Made by a program: the position numbers and the translations under genes. Below the pieces are notes generated by a model. That model searched no databases and had not been told where the DNA came from. It saw only the letters and a program-made list of their open reading frames with translations. From assembly GCA_964019335.1 (NCBI GenBank), contig OZ025708.1, positions 310,001-374,000 on the forward strand: a DNA stretch of 64,000 nucleotides. Direction: 5' to 3'. This document shows positions 1-10,882 of this stretch, one piece after another. This stretch comes from Diplonema japonicum. Taxonomy: Eukaryota; Protista; Euglenozoa: Diplonemea. Each line of letters begins with the position of its first letter. Position 1 is the first letter of the stretch.

Positions 1-1442
1 AGGGGAAAGTACACAACGTGCAGCCACCGTCTGCTTACTGCAAATCCATGTCGGAGGTGTACCCTGGGCGAGCGGAGGGGGACCGGTGGCGGCCGCAGGA
101 GTGCCTGCTCCGAGAGAAACCTGCCTGCCCCTTGCTGAGGAAGGTTGCGGTGCTCGGGGACGAGGTGACCAGGAGGCTCGGGGAGGCCTTGCAGCAAGCA
201 GCTCCTTCGAACATGCTGGTCATCGTGTTCAACACCACACAGCTGGCAACAAATGCCGTCCTTCGGGAGATGGACGCAGTGCTGTACGGAGCGGGGCACG
301 ACGTGGCGCAGAGGAACCGTGTCTCCCTGTCACGCTTCTACAACGAGTCGGCAGCGGAGATCTGGCGCCTGAAGCAAATCGTTGGGGTGAAGAAGCTGGC
401 AGTAAACCTCCCGCACCACTTCGACAGGGAGGGGTGTGCATCACAGGACTCAGCATGCTACAGGTGTGCGGACCCCGTGCAGGCAGCAGCGTACCGAGAG
501 GCACTACGCAGCGCAGCAGCTTGCAACAAGATCTCCGTGTTCAACTTTGAAGACCTCACGAAGGTGGGGACAAGAGGCGGGCAGCTTCGGATGAAGGCGA
601 ACATAGTGGCGAACTGGGTGTGTGGTGGTGGGGGCTTCACACCATCCCTTCCAGGGGTGTGTGTTCCCGATGCAGACCTCCTTGCACGGTGGAGCACGAT
701 GCCTGCGAGTGTGAAGGAGAACTGCGGGGTCCCTGTCTGCAACAGCTCGAGGGAGGTGGCAGCGGCAATGAACAGCAACAGCCACGACCAAACCGTGAAC
801 AGTCCGATGAGCTGCTCACTCCCGACGAGGTCGGACCTCCGCATCAGAAAATGTTTGGAAGGGAAGCAAGTTGTGTTCTTCGGTGACGGGGGGACACGGA
901 ACCTCATGGAGTCCCTGATGGGGGTGAAAATCGACCCCACGGAACACCACATCTACACGGAGCAGGGCGGGAAGGTGAGCTTCCTGTCGTCGCCCTGTCT
1001 GGACATTGGGTGCGAGCCTGGGACACATGTCATGTTCTCCTCTCGGATACGGTTGGTGCGGACAGCTGACCTCATTGTGTACGGGATGGGGAGCCGCTTC
1101 AACACCCCTGTGGTGCAGTACGCTGACATGGCGACAGAGATCGTGGAGCAGCTGAAGCTCAGGAAGAAGGAATCTGCGAAGCTGGTTCTGTATCCTACCC
1201 CGTCTGTCCCCGCTTCGCAGCAGTGCTTCACCGCCTACCAGAAGGCATTCCACCTCTCTGCTGGCTGCAACCAGATACCCGTCCTCCCGAACCACCCGTC
1301 TTCTGCCGACCTCCTCGCGAATTATTTATGCAGAAAGGAGGAAGGGGGTGAGGAACGCTTCCATTTACATGTTCCTGTCTGCAACCCTAGCGAGACCCAG
1401 GCTGAATGGGCGGCTGTTCCTGCCCTCGCAAGGCCTTGCTAA
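1..1442 (+). CDS. Tandem SGNH/PC-esterase-like protein, 5'-partial, catalytic motifs degenerate; paralog of 5767-7695
   Basis: Frame open from the window start. Shares blocks with the downstream paralog (KCLEGKxxxFFGD, AAAYRxAL..AAACN, FNFE). GDS motifs read GDE and GDG. Confidence 0.7.
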   Translation, partial: GKVHNVQPPSAYCKSMSEVYPGRAEGDRWRPQECLLREKPACPLLRKVAVLGDEVTRRLGEALQQAAPSNMLVIVFNTTQLATNAVLREMDAVLYGAGHDVAQRNRVSLSRFYNESAAEIWRLKQIVGVKKLAVNLPHHFDREGCASQDSACYRCADPVQAAAYREALRSAAACNKISVFNFEDLTKVGTRGGQLRMKANIVANWVCGGGGFTPSLPGVCVPDADLLARWSTMPASVKENCGVPVCNSSREVAAAMNSNSHDQTVNSPMSCSLPTRSDLRIRKCLEGKQVVFFGDGGTRNLMESLMGVKIDPTEHHIYTEQGGKVSFLSSPCLDIGCEPGTHVMFSSRIRLVRTADLIVYGMGSRFNTPVVQYADMATEIVEQLKLRKKESAKLVLYPTPSVPASQQCFTAYQKAFHLSAGCNQIPVLPNHPSSADLLANYLCRKEEGGEERFHLHVPVCNPSETQAEWAAVPALARPC

Positions 1443-1762
1443 TTCAGAACCCTCTTGCGATGTTCTTTCAATTTTCATTGTTTTCTTTTCTATTTCTTTT
1501 TTTTTTTCTTTTCTCCTTCTCCCCTTTTCCTCTTTGTTTTTTTAAGGGGAGAGGGAAGAAAAAAAAAAAGAGAATCTTTTTCTTAAACCTTTCGTCGAAC
1601 ACGGAAATAGAACCTATATTCTCCTCCATTCAGAATTGAGGCTGTCTCTCTCTCTCTCTCTCTCTCTCTGTTACTTCCCTTATTTTAGGGTGTCCCAAAA
1701 GGTGACATATCTCCCTTCGGCTGTCACCATATCATGTCTTAGAGCGCTACCTGCGAATTTTG

Positions 1763-1808
<46 letters not shown>

Positions 1809-1934
1809 AAGAAGGAATCTGTTTTGTTTTCGATTTTCCTCCTTCAAAATTTTGCGGCAATATCCCCTCTAAGAAAACATTGAATGCTGTTACCACCTTG
1901 GGGAAAATCACTTTAGGGTTTAAAAATAGCTATT

Positions 1935-1997
1935 TACTGCCAACAAGTAATGACTTTACCGTTACCTCGAGGTCGGTAAAGCATTACTTGGCGGTAG
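1935..1997. repeat. Imperfect ~60-bp palindrome
   Basis: aagtaatg/cattactt, ctttaccg/cggtaaag and acct-cg-aggt pair around a centre at 1968-1969. Confidence 0.8.
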
Positions 1998-2005
1998 GTA
2001 AGTGG

Positions 2006-2610
2006 TTTTATTTCACGACACTCTGAAATTACTTCACCACGAGGGGCACAACAGGGTGACAAGGGGTACAACAAGAGAGGGGTTACAAAGGTTACAATAC
2101 AAGTTGTTTTTCCTCCTTTTGTTGACTAAGAGCTGCCGCTGTCGCTGGCATTGCCACTGTCACCATCTCTAATCAGGCCTTCCCATACCTGGCGCGGCCG
2201 CTGGCTCCTTTTTTTCTGCTGCTTCGGTATTTTGAAGTCTTTTGGGGTGCTTGGGTAAGCTGACTAAGTTACCCTTACCCACAGAAGAGTTACCCACAGA
2301 AACTGGGAACAAGGCCTAGCCAAAAAGTGGGCAAATTGGGAGGAAAAAGTAGTCCAACTTGGAACTGAGCCGAGGCAAAAGTTGGCCAATTGAGCTGAAC
2401 CTGGGGGGAAATTGACAAACTGAGAGGAAAAAGTAGCCCCACTGGGAACCGAACCGAGGCAAAAATTGGCCTACCGAGGCATATTATTTAACGGAAACCC
2501 CCTATTACTTCACGGAAAACAGGCCATTATTTCACCGTGAAGTAATGAGATTTAGCGTGAAGTAATGGGCCCCCCAGTGCGTGAAGTAATTTCTGAAGAG
2601 TGAAATAAAA
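2006..2610. mobile_element. MITE-like element with imperfect terminal inverted repeats
   Basis: Left ttttatttcac..cactctgaaattacttcac versus right gtgaagtaatttctgaagagtgaaataaaa. Subterminal gtgaagtaat/attacttcac repeats at 2500-2590 and an ~83-bp tandem duplication at 2320-2480. Confidence 0.6.
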
Positions 2611-3032
2611 AAAAAAAAAGAAAAAAAAAAAAAAAAAGAAGTCTATTCAGTTGCAAGATGACAAGGTTCTCACTGAGCAACCCCCCTGCACACTGAATCA
2701 TTATCAAAAATCTTTTCCATTCTTTCTTCCTATATGGGTCTTAAAAAACTGAATTTAAAAAAAAAAATAATAATAATAATACATCTCGTCGCAAAACTTT
2801 TTTTTTTTTTGTTTTCAATGTTTTGAATAAAGAGAAAAAAAATAATTGTTTTTTTAAAGTTCCATCCACTCCATTTTTAAGTATTTCTTATTTTAAATAA
2901 AAGAAGATAGTCACTCTTGCGATAACGACAGGGAGGCATCTTTTTTTCCCCCTCTTCCCCCCCTCTTTTTTTTCTGTTTTACATGAACTTGCACGGCCAG
3001 TTCCTGACACCCTCTTTTTTTAATCCATACCA

Positions 3033-3070
3033 GGGGCCCTGCCACATACGCAGGTGCCTTTAAATGCCTC
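3033..3070 (+). repeat. 40-nt hairpin mini-element (family C), copy 1
   Basis: cctgccacatacgcaggtgcctttaaatgcctc matches 22941, 57752 and 58353. Confidence 0.75.
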
Positions 3071-3084
3071 TCTCTTTCTCTCTG

Positions 3085-3116
<32 letters not shown>

Positions 3117-3301
3117 CTCCGGCAAAACTTTTGTGTGTGTGGGAGAATTCACTTTATTTTCACGCTAAATTGACTGCACAAGAGGCAGACAGCAGCAGAG
3201 TTCACCCCCCCTTCCAAGAGCCATACGAAAAGTCCGAAAAAAGAAGATTTTATTCTCTATTTGCCTCGCCCGAAAAAACGTAAATGAACCTACGCGTTTG
3301 T

Positions 3302-3419
3302 GAATATAAGTTTGATGATTTCACTTGTGGTGGCAGTTTTGACTCATTAAACATTTTAACACCCGCTTCGCTCGTGAAGTAAGTACCTCACTCGTCAAAA
3401 CCACTACGATCTTATATTC
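3302..3419. repeat. Small inverted-repeat (MITE-like) element
   Basis: gaatataag...gtggtggcagttttgac pairs with gtcaaaaccac...cttatattc. Confidence 0.5.
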
Positions 3420-3532
3420 GCTAAAATAAATAGTTTTAAGTTTTTTTTTTTTTTAAATTGGCAACACCCAAACGAGAAGTAAAAAAAAAAAAATGCCCTC
3501 ACACAGAATTTGTTTTTTGCCCCTAAAGACCT

Positions 3533-3565
<33 letters not shown>

Positions 3566-3967
3566 CCCCCATATACACCATTTACCTACTTTAACTCTTA
3601 TTTCTTTTGTCGCTAGGGTACATAAAAAGAAAACAAGATTTTTTTTTTTTTTTAAATGGAAATCCCGAAAAACTTGTTGAAATTTTAGAGACCTGGCGGT
3701 GTAGATTGAAAGTTAGACTAAACTTCAGGTAGTCGAGGCAGTCTTGAGGATACCCCGATCTGTTGGTTTCTCAAGGAAAAAAAAAAAAAAAAAAAGAAAA
3801 GAAAAAAAAGGAAGAATAGAAACGCCGCTCTAGCTTAATAAAGGCGTAGAGGGGAAAAGGAAGAAAGGGAAAAAAAGGGACGAAAACAAAATAGCTTTTG
3901 AAAAAGAAAAGATTTTTTTTTAAAGATAAAAAAAAAAAAAAAAAGTATCGAGAGCCTTGTCCTATCC

Positions 3968-4006
<39 letters not shown>

Positions 4007-4249
4007 GGTGGTGGGGATAACATGGAAATATAAGAAGTACATCAGATGTGTTGTTCGCTGTTGACCTCCTCGTCGGTCATCACCGGTAGCGCCCGAGTGG
4101 AAGAACATAATCGGTGACGAACTGCACGAGCGACAGATCTTGGTTACCCGGGGCGCCCCGGCTAGGGTTGAGCACACCGCACGCATTAAGGACACGACGC
4201 GGAACGCAGAAGAAGCTACTGCTCGGCCGCGGAGCCCCCTGTAATCAAG
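4007..4249 (+). mobile_element. SINE-like element with 5' HDV-like ribozyme, copy 1 (3'-truncated)
   Basis: Near-identical to 9435-9702 and 47669-47975. P1 ggtggtg/catcacc, P3 acc/ggt, L3 tcctcgtc, P1.1 gg and J4/2 acgaa are present; the P2 3' strand is damaged. Confidence 0.85.
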
Positions 4250-5520
4250 TTATAAAAAATATAAAGTTTTCCATATTTCAGAAAAGAGGCAGAAAATCAA
4301 CAAATTTTTGAGGTATTTGTGCCACGGTTGTCACCGTTCTGCTGTTGCATCCTGGTGTTGGCTGTCGGGGTTTGCCTTTCAGTCATGGCATCTGCGGTAA
4401 GAGCATCGCTCGTAGCCCTCTAGGTAGGGGCATTTCAGTTCAGCATGGGTCATGCGTCGCTGGTAGTCCCTTTGTAGCTGCCTGAACGAGATTGACTGCC
4501 ATGCTGAAGGCGTGGACGAGCAATTCCCTGTTGGGTTAATGTTATCGGGAAATAGAAAATAAATAAAATTACGTATTCATGAATTAAAGTGGATTTAACT
4601 CTTTTCCCTTGGCTGAGCCGCCGGGAAATAAAAAAGTCCACTTTATTTTTTTTTTTCTTCTTTTTTTCTTTGTTGTTTGGGGGGGGGGGGGGGGGGGGAA
4701 TACTGTTTCCCCTCTTCCTCCCTGCCTTTACAGGGGAAGGGGGAAAAAAAAGAGAAAAAAAGAAGCCGCAACTCACTGGTGGGCTTTGTTTGTGCGCACG
4801 AGCGGAATTTTACCTAATAAAATAGCTCATTACGCTGCCATCAACTAGTTTTTAGTCTCGACAATAGTATTGTTAAAACAAAAAACTCCCCTCGCCTTCC
4901 CCCCCCCCCCTTTTTTTCCCCTCTTGTTCTCCCCTCCCAATTAAAAAAAAGTGCCCAATACCTAACCTCCCTCATCTTTCTTTGTTTTTGCAAGATGAAC
5001 CCAAAACTGAGAGTTTCTTTAGCACTACCACGAACCTCCAGGAAGGGGGGCCTTGTTCTTATGCAACTTTTTGTGCAGAACTAAAAATGATTTTATCTCA
5101 CTGCATGCTAAAATGCCCCTCCTTTTCTTTATAGCTATTGGGGTGCTGCAACAACGCAAAAATAATGCCTCTATGGTATTATAGTTGTGGGCATGAAAGC
5201 AATGCTTATTTCTGGGAGGGGGAGGGGGGGGGGAAAAAGAAGTTTTTTTTTTGCGGGTTTCTTTCCCCCTCAATTTCTTTTTTTTTTCCCCTCCTTCTTC
5301 TTTTAAACGGTGAATGCAGAAAAGAAAGAAACAAGAAAAAAAAACACAAAAGAAGAAGGAAAAAAAAAAAAAAAAAAAAAAAAAAAAGACGCATTACCTT
5401 AAAAGAACGGTTTCTTTTTCATTTTTTTTTATTCCCCCGCTTGCTCTACTATTTCTTTTTTTCCTTTTTTTTTTCTTTTTTTTTTTTTTTTTTTTCTGCG
5501 TCAAAAAAAAGGCAGTCTGG

Positions 5521-5592
5521 CCACCGCAGTCGGCACCCGCCAAGAAACAAGGAGAAAACGGGAACTGAGCACGAGAAGGCCGGTGAGTGCAG

Positions 5593-5624
<32 letters not shown>

Positions 5625-5627
5625 GCC
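5521..5627 (+). mobile_element. Decayed 3' fragment of LINE family B
   Basis: ccaccgcagtcggcacccgcc...ggccggtgagtgca(A)n-cgc aligns with 26994-27076. Confidence 0.7.
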
Positions 5628-5648
5628 TGAAAAAAAAAAAAAAAATAG

Positions 5649-5681
<33 letters not shown>

Positions 5682-5766
5682 TTTTTCTTTTGCAAATCGT
5701 CGCTTAAGCATTTTAAAAAGGGGAGGAGTGAGAGGAGGGGGAAGGAGAGGAGAAAAAAAAAAAAAA

Positions 5767-7695
5767 ATGACGAGGGCTCAGACAGGGTTGCTATGCCTGA
5801 TCACCTTAGTCTGTGTATATAGTACTGTGAAGCAACATTTCACTAAGAGGTCGTCTTCCCCAATGGAACCCGCACGCCCGCAGGAAAGGCTGATTACGAG
5901 ACACATCCCGCCACCACCAGCAACACCACCACCACCCACCATCGCCCCCTGCTTGAAAAGCCGCGAAATATACCCCGGGAAAATGCTGGAAACCGGCAAT
6001 ACCATGAGGTGGGACCCCGACATATGTTTTCTCGAAGAGTTGAAATCAACATGTTTGGAAGGGAAAAAAATAGCGTTCATCGGCGACAGTGGGGTCCGCG
6101 GTTTAGCACAGGCCTTGCTGCCCTATGCGGAGCACCATCACATGACGGTAGGAAGTGCCATGCAACTACCCTCGGCAAGCCCTTTGCACGTTTCTAGAAT
6201 AGAACATTTCAAAGAATACAATCTCGTTGTGTACGGGACAGGACATGAAGACCGCAACCAGGTGCCCATTGACCAGTTTCAAAAAGTAACCGACGACACG
6301 GTAGGAAAACTAAAAAAAATTGTTGGAACGGAGAAGCTTGTTGTCAACATTCTACACCACGTGAACAGCAGCGTGTGTGAGACCGCGGCAAGGGACAGGC
6401 ACTGTCATAAATGCTCCGAGCCTATCAAGGCTAAAGCGTACAGAGATGCGTTAAAATCCGCGGCAGCCCGCCACGGGGTTCCCGTTTTGGACTTCGAAGA
6501 ATTGACACGCAAAACCCTGGAACAAACGTGGACGGGCCCCGTGCCGATGGGCCAGGTTCACAAAGTTACGAACGATGGGCAGACCTACCACGATATCGTG
6601 GCAGGAATGGAAGCTCAGATTGTTTTAAACAATGTCTGTGGGAACCTTGCCTTTGAACCATTACCCAGCAACGATTACAAAACGCCATCGAACAGCGAAA
6701 ATATCAAACTGATTAACGCAAAATGCGGAGCGGTTGAAACAATCGAGCGCAACAGCCCCGTCCCATCGCAACATCTTCTACCGAACCCCGATTTGAAGAA
6801 AATATGCTCTTCCCAAAACGAGTTGTTCCCGGGTACCGTTCAGTCACCTTCTGGAGCGTATCGAACATGGGTTGCAGAGGGGTGCCATTTACCGGAAATG
6901 GCGGAGATTGATTTGGAAAAATGTTTGGAAGGGAAGAAGATCATGTTTTTTGGGGATTCGTTGACGCGGCAGGTTGCCGAGGCGATTCAGGCGGAGGGCC
7001 GGCATATTGAGTTCGCCCCCAACGACAACGGGCAGACGTTCGAAACGCAAAACGGCTACTTCAAATTCATGACCGCCCCCGCATTAAGCTTGAAATACTT
7101 CCCCTCATACAACATCATGCACCAAAGCAGGCTCGGCTTCGCAGCAACCGCAGATTACATTATATACGGAACCGGGATGTGGGATATGGGGAAGAACAAC
7201 TATCGGACCCCATTGGACAAATTTGTCGATCGGATGATAAACATAACGAGGACCCTGCGGGATATCGCAGAGGCTCGTGGGAAGAAGTTTGCGTTAAACC
7301 CCATGCACCACGTGAACCAGTCGATATGTTATACCCCTGATAAGAACAGGCTGTGCTTTAAATGTCTCAACCCTGTGCGGGCCGCCGCTTATCGCCAGGC
7401 AGTGATTATCGCAGCTGCTTGTAATAATGTTCCCGTTTTCAACTTCGAGCCGATGACACGCGACGCGCTCGCGCAGACGTGGAGCGGGCCTGTCGCCCTT
7501 GGCGGTCGGCATGCTACTACCGCCGACGGTTCTCATTATACTTCTCCCGTGAACAGGATGCTTGCAGATGTTGTTGTTAATTGGGTCTGCAGGGATGATT
7601 TTGTGCTGACGCAGCCGACCGAATGCAACCCTGAACAGGCAAAGAAACTGTGGGACACACAGCCTGAGACAAAGGGGGAGTGCTACGGAACGTGA
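5767..7695 (+). CDS. Type II membrane/secreted protein with two SGNH-hydrolase (PC-esterase/GDSL-like) domains; putative O-acyltransferase/esterase
   Basis: ATG after an A-tract. N-terminal hydrophobic anchor, Pro-rich stalk, FIGDS and FFGDS motifs, YGTG blocks, DGSH (DxxH) in domain 2. Confidence 0.8.
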   Translation: MTRAQTGLLCLITLVCVYSTVKQHFTKRSSSPMEPARPQERLITRHIPPPPATPPPPTIAPCLKSREIYPGKMLETGNTMRWDPDICFLEELKSTCLEGKKIAFIGDSGVRGLAQALLPYAEHHHMTVGSAMQLPSASPLHVSRIEHFKEYNLVVYGTGHEDRNQVPIDQFQKVTDDTVGKLKKIVGTEKLVVNILHHVNSSVCETAARDRHCHKCSEPIKAKAYRDALKSAAARHGVPVLDFEELTRKTLEQTWTGPVPMGQVHKVTNDGQTYHDIVAGMEAQIVLNNVCGNLAFEPLPSNDYKTPSNSENIKLINAKCGAVETIERNSPVPSQHLLPNPDLKKICSSQNELFPGTVQSPSGAYRTWVAEGCHLPEMAEIDLEKCLEGKKIMFFGDSLTRQVAEAIQAEGRHIEFAPNDNGQTFETQNGYFKFMTAPALSLKYFPSYNIMHQSRLGFAATADYIIYGTGMWDMGKNNYRTPLDKFVDRMINITRTLRDIAEARGKKFALNPMHHVNQSICYTPDKNRLCFKCLNPVRAAAYRQAVIIAAACNNVPVFNFEPMTRDALAQTWSGPVALGGRHATTADGSHYTSPVNRMLADVVVNWVCRDDFVLTQPTECNPEQAKKLWDTQPETKGECYGT

Positions 7696-8021
7696 AACAA
7701 CACAAAAGGGGAGGAGGGGAAAAAAAAAAGTTGAAATTATCACCTCCTCCTTTTTTTTTTTTTTTATTCTCATAGGTTTGACTTTGCTCTCTTTGGGGAG
7801 GGGGACGGGGGAAAAAAAAAACTTTTCTTTTTCGGGGGGGGGAGGGGGGGTGTTGTAGAATGCTGTTGAAGCAAGGCACAACAAAAAAAAATGTGAAGGG
7901 GGGGAAAAAAATCGAAAAGCCGAAAGAAGTCGCTTATGTCCCCCCTTCCCCCCCTACACATGCTTAACTTATCAATATCAACACGTCAGGGGGGAAGGGT
8001 CTAAAAACGCAGACACCATTA

Positions 8022-8759
8022 ATGGCATCCGCAAACACTCGTTTTACGAGTGCTCAGGTATCACAGCCGGGGTACTCCGCGACGCATAACACAGAGCCAG
8101 TTGCGGAGATAGCTGCGGCCAACGAAGTACTGGTGGTGCAAGAGCCACAATGCTGCAACTTACAGCGTTTCGGTGTTTACAACAGCAGCGACCGGCGAGA
8201 GCTGATGCGCGTGGAGTCTCCTTGCACTTGCTACACATCTTGCAACAACGACACATGCCCTGTTAACTCTGTTCTGTATGCGAACGGGAATCACATCTAC
8301 GACTTGCAGCCCACGGACGGGTGTAGATTGACTTGTGAAATGCCTGACTGGAAGCTGCAGAAGCCTGGCGGGGAATCGATTGGGATGGCAAGGATAAACG
8401 GGGGTTGCTGCGAGCTCGTTGGGTGTCCTCCTGCCTTGAACCTGAAGGCTCAGACGAGGAAGGGCGGTACTTTTATTTTGCAGCAGGACAATCCTCCTGC
8501 GTGTTGCGATGGGATGTGCTGCCCCAACAAAGTTCACCCTTTTACTGTTTACAGGTCTCCAGACGGGCGAAGCAGGAGTAGTGTCGCTGCTGTTGGGGCG
8601 AAGCAGCCGCGGGGTGGGCTTTCAGGGTGGGTGTTGTCTGCGAACAATTACAGCTTGCAGTTCAGCGACCCCTCCCTGACCCAAGAGGACCGCATGACGC
8701 TCCTCACTGCCATCTTTACAATGGACTTCCATTACTTCAGGGTGAAAAACAACAATTAA
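8022..8759 (+). CDS. Phospholipid scramblase / Tubby-C-like protein
   Basis: Cys-rich clusters; C-terminal K-x(10)-ANNYSLQF...EDRMTLLTAIFTMDFHYF is typical of scramblases. Confidence 0.75.
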   Translation: MASANTRFTSAQVSQPGYSATHNTEPVAEIAAANEVLVVQEPQCCNLQRFGVYNSSDRRELMRVESPCTCYTSCNNDTCPVNSVLYANGNHIYDLQPTDGCRLTCEMPDWKLQKPGGESIGMARINGGCCELVGCPPALNLKAQTRKGGTFILQQDNPPACCDGMCCPNKVHPFTVYRSPDGRSRSSVAAVGAKQPRGGLSGWVLSANNYSLQFSDPSLTQEDRMTLLTAIFTMDFHYFRVKNNN

Positions 8760-8827
8760 TTTTTTTTTTTTTTCTTTTTTTTTTTTAAAAAGAGACCGAG
8801 GTCGGGATGCTAGTAGGAGCCATTGAA

Positions 8828-8915
8828 GGGTGCCTCTGATGACAGCACCTGGAGGAGTCGCGAGATAGGTCCGAAACTGAGGGATACCTTTTGTCTACGG
8901 TAGGTAGAAGCCCCC
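8828..8915 (+). ncRNA. Hammerhead-ribozyme-like motif, probably degenerate
   Basis: CTGATGA (8836-42), GAAAC (8873-77), stem II acctg/taggt, stem III actg/cggt, GTA triplet at 8900-02, stem I tgcc/ggta. The base of stem II is non-canonical. Confidence 0.45.
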
Positions 8916-9434
8916 GTTATTGTACTGTGAATCTCTTAATTTTCTTCTTGTGGAATGTGCACGCTTTTTCTTCTTCTTCTTCTCTCTCTCTCTCTCTCTC
9001 TCTCTTTTTCTTTTATAAAGAAAAAAAAATAGTAATCCTAATACTGGCAGCTTTTTTATGCGTTACAAGAAAAAAAAAAAAGAAAAAAAAATAATAACCC
9101 CTATGTTGTTATCTTGTAGGGGAAAGAAAAGAAAGTGTTTGTGAAGCTGTTGTGTGCAAACAGATTCAAATAATTCGCCCATTTCTTTTTTAGAAAAAAA
9201 AAACCCCCCCCCATTCTCTTATTTCTGGGTCACTCTAAAATGACTTTCTTGGGAGCACATGAAAGAGCATTGAGGGAGGAAGTCTTTTTCTGCTTCTCTA
9301 TGACTTGCTAGTTAGCGTGTTGAGCCTCAAAGTTAGGCTTTTGTGATATTTTTTACAGAGTGTTTGTGGAAATCACTTACCCAGCGCCATTGCTCGTTGG
9401 TAGTCACCCAGCTTTTTTCTTTTCTTTTTTTTAA

Positions 9435-9702
9435 GGTGGTGTACATCAGATGTGTTGTTCGCTGTTGACCTCCTCGTCGGTCATCACCGGTAGCGCCCGA
9501 GTGGAAGAACATAATGCATGCAGCAAACTGCACGAGCGACAGATCTTGGTTACCCGGAACGCCCCAGCTAGGTTTGATAAATGTACACCGCACGCATTAA
9601 GGACACGACGCGGAACGCAGAAGGAGCTACAACTCGGCCGCGGTGCGCCCCCTGTAATCAAGTAGACAGTTTTTGTGCAGGGCGCCGCCAACACCAGTCA
9701 TA
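9435..9702 (+). mobile_element. SINE-like element with 5' HDV-like ribozyme, copy 2
   Basis: Same core. P1 intact with a shorter J1/2; the P4 3' strand and catalytic J4/2 are deleted. Confidence 0.85.
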
Positions 9703-10108
9703 TTTTTTTTTTATTTGGCGAACTGGCAACAGGGGGGCGTATGGAGCATTGGTGAACAAGATATCCCGGCGTAACAAACCCCTTTGTTGATGCTTAGGGG
9801 GGCTTGGATTCACCGCAACCGCGCTTTGGATTGGGCAGCAGGTCGGACCGCGAAGCGACCCAGGTGTTGGCAACACCTCCTAAAGCGAGCTGGGGATGCA
9901 TGCGCACTCTAGCTTACGGGCGAAAGATAAATGCCCCCCTCCCCGGTCGTGAGGCCTTGGGTGTGGCACGCCATGTCTGAAACGTTTAGCTCCCTTGAAG
10001 CTCACACCAGTGTGCGAGTTTAGCCCATTTTTTGGCACGTTGGCGATGGCTGTGGTGGTCGTTGCAAGAGCGCCTATAGGAAGTATTGGATTCAGTTAAC
10101 AGAATAGT

Positions 10109-10111
<3 letters not shown>

Positions 10112-10194
<83 letters not shown>
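10112..10194. repeat. (CT)n microsatellite
   Basis: About 40 CT units; shorter tracts at 1646-1668 and 8981-9004. Confidence 0.95.
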
Positions 10195-10199
<5 letters not shown>

Positions 10200-10424
10200 T
10201 TCGCTCGAGTGAGGGGGGTGATTAAAAGCATTCTCAAAAGGTGGTGTTGTGAAAATAAAAAGACCACTTTCCTAGAAGCGCAGAAACCGTTGGCACATGA
10301 GCGTGGAAGGAAAGAATTTCTTTCATCCCCCCTTCTCCACTCCTTTTTTTTCTTTTCTCTAATAATTTGGACTTTCGGTTGGTAATTTTTTTTTGGGGGG
10401 TGTTTTTCGTTTGTATATATATAC

Positions 10425-10455
<31 letters not shown>

Positions 10456-10882
10456 ATGCACTTTTTTTTTAGCAATAGCTTATGCCCCCCTTCCTTTTTT
10501 TTTTATATGTTTCCTTCCATTTCCTTTTATCTTTTTTTTTTCACTCTTCGCAGCATGCTCAAAATAAAAGCCAACTTAGCTTCTTGGAAACCTTCAAGAC
10601 TTGCAGGCTCCCACTCCCTCGATTTTTTCGCATGGCTCAAGGGACTCAACTACACTTGACCTCGATCCTGGACAGAAGCCGCCAGTCACCTGCTCCAATG
10701 GCCCTTACAAGCCTGACAACTCGTACAGAGGGTGAAGTATCAGGCATCGCGGTGTCCGGTGGTACATTGTTTCCATCACGAAATTAACCTTTTCTGACAG
10801 GTGGTGGAGGGGGGTCACCAAAAAGGTTGTGGCTTGGCACATATCTGAAATCAATAGGGGATTGGCCCAAAGGACGACAACA

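Noticed and set aside
2320-2590. CRISPR-like repeats
   Set aside because: Irregular, degenerate subterminal and tandem repeats in a eukaryotic context, with no cas genes.
5025-5766. Poly-Lys/poly-Phe ORFs and ORF-track N-terminal extensions throughout the window
   Set aside because: Translations of homopolymer spacers; real starts are the ATGs after A-tracts.
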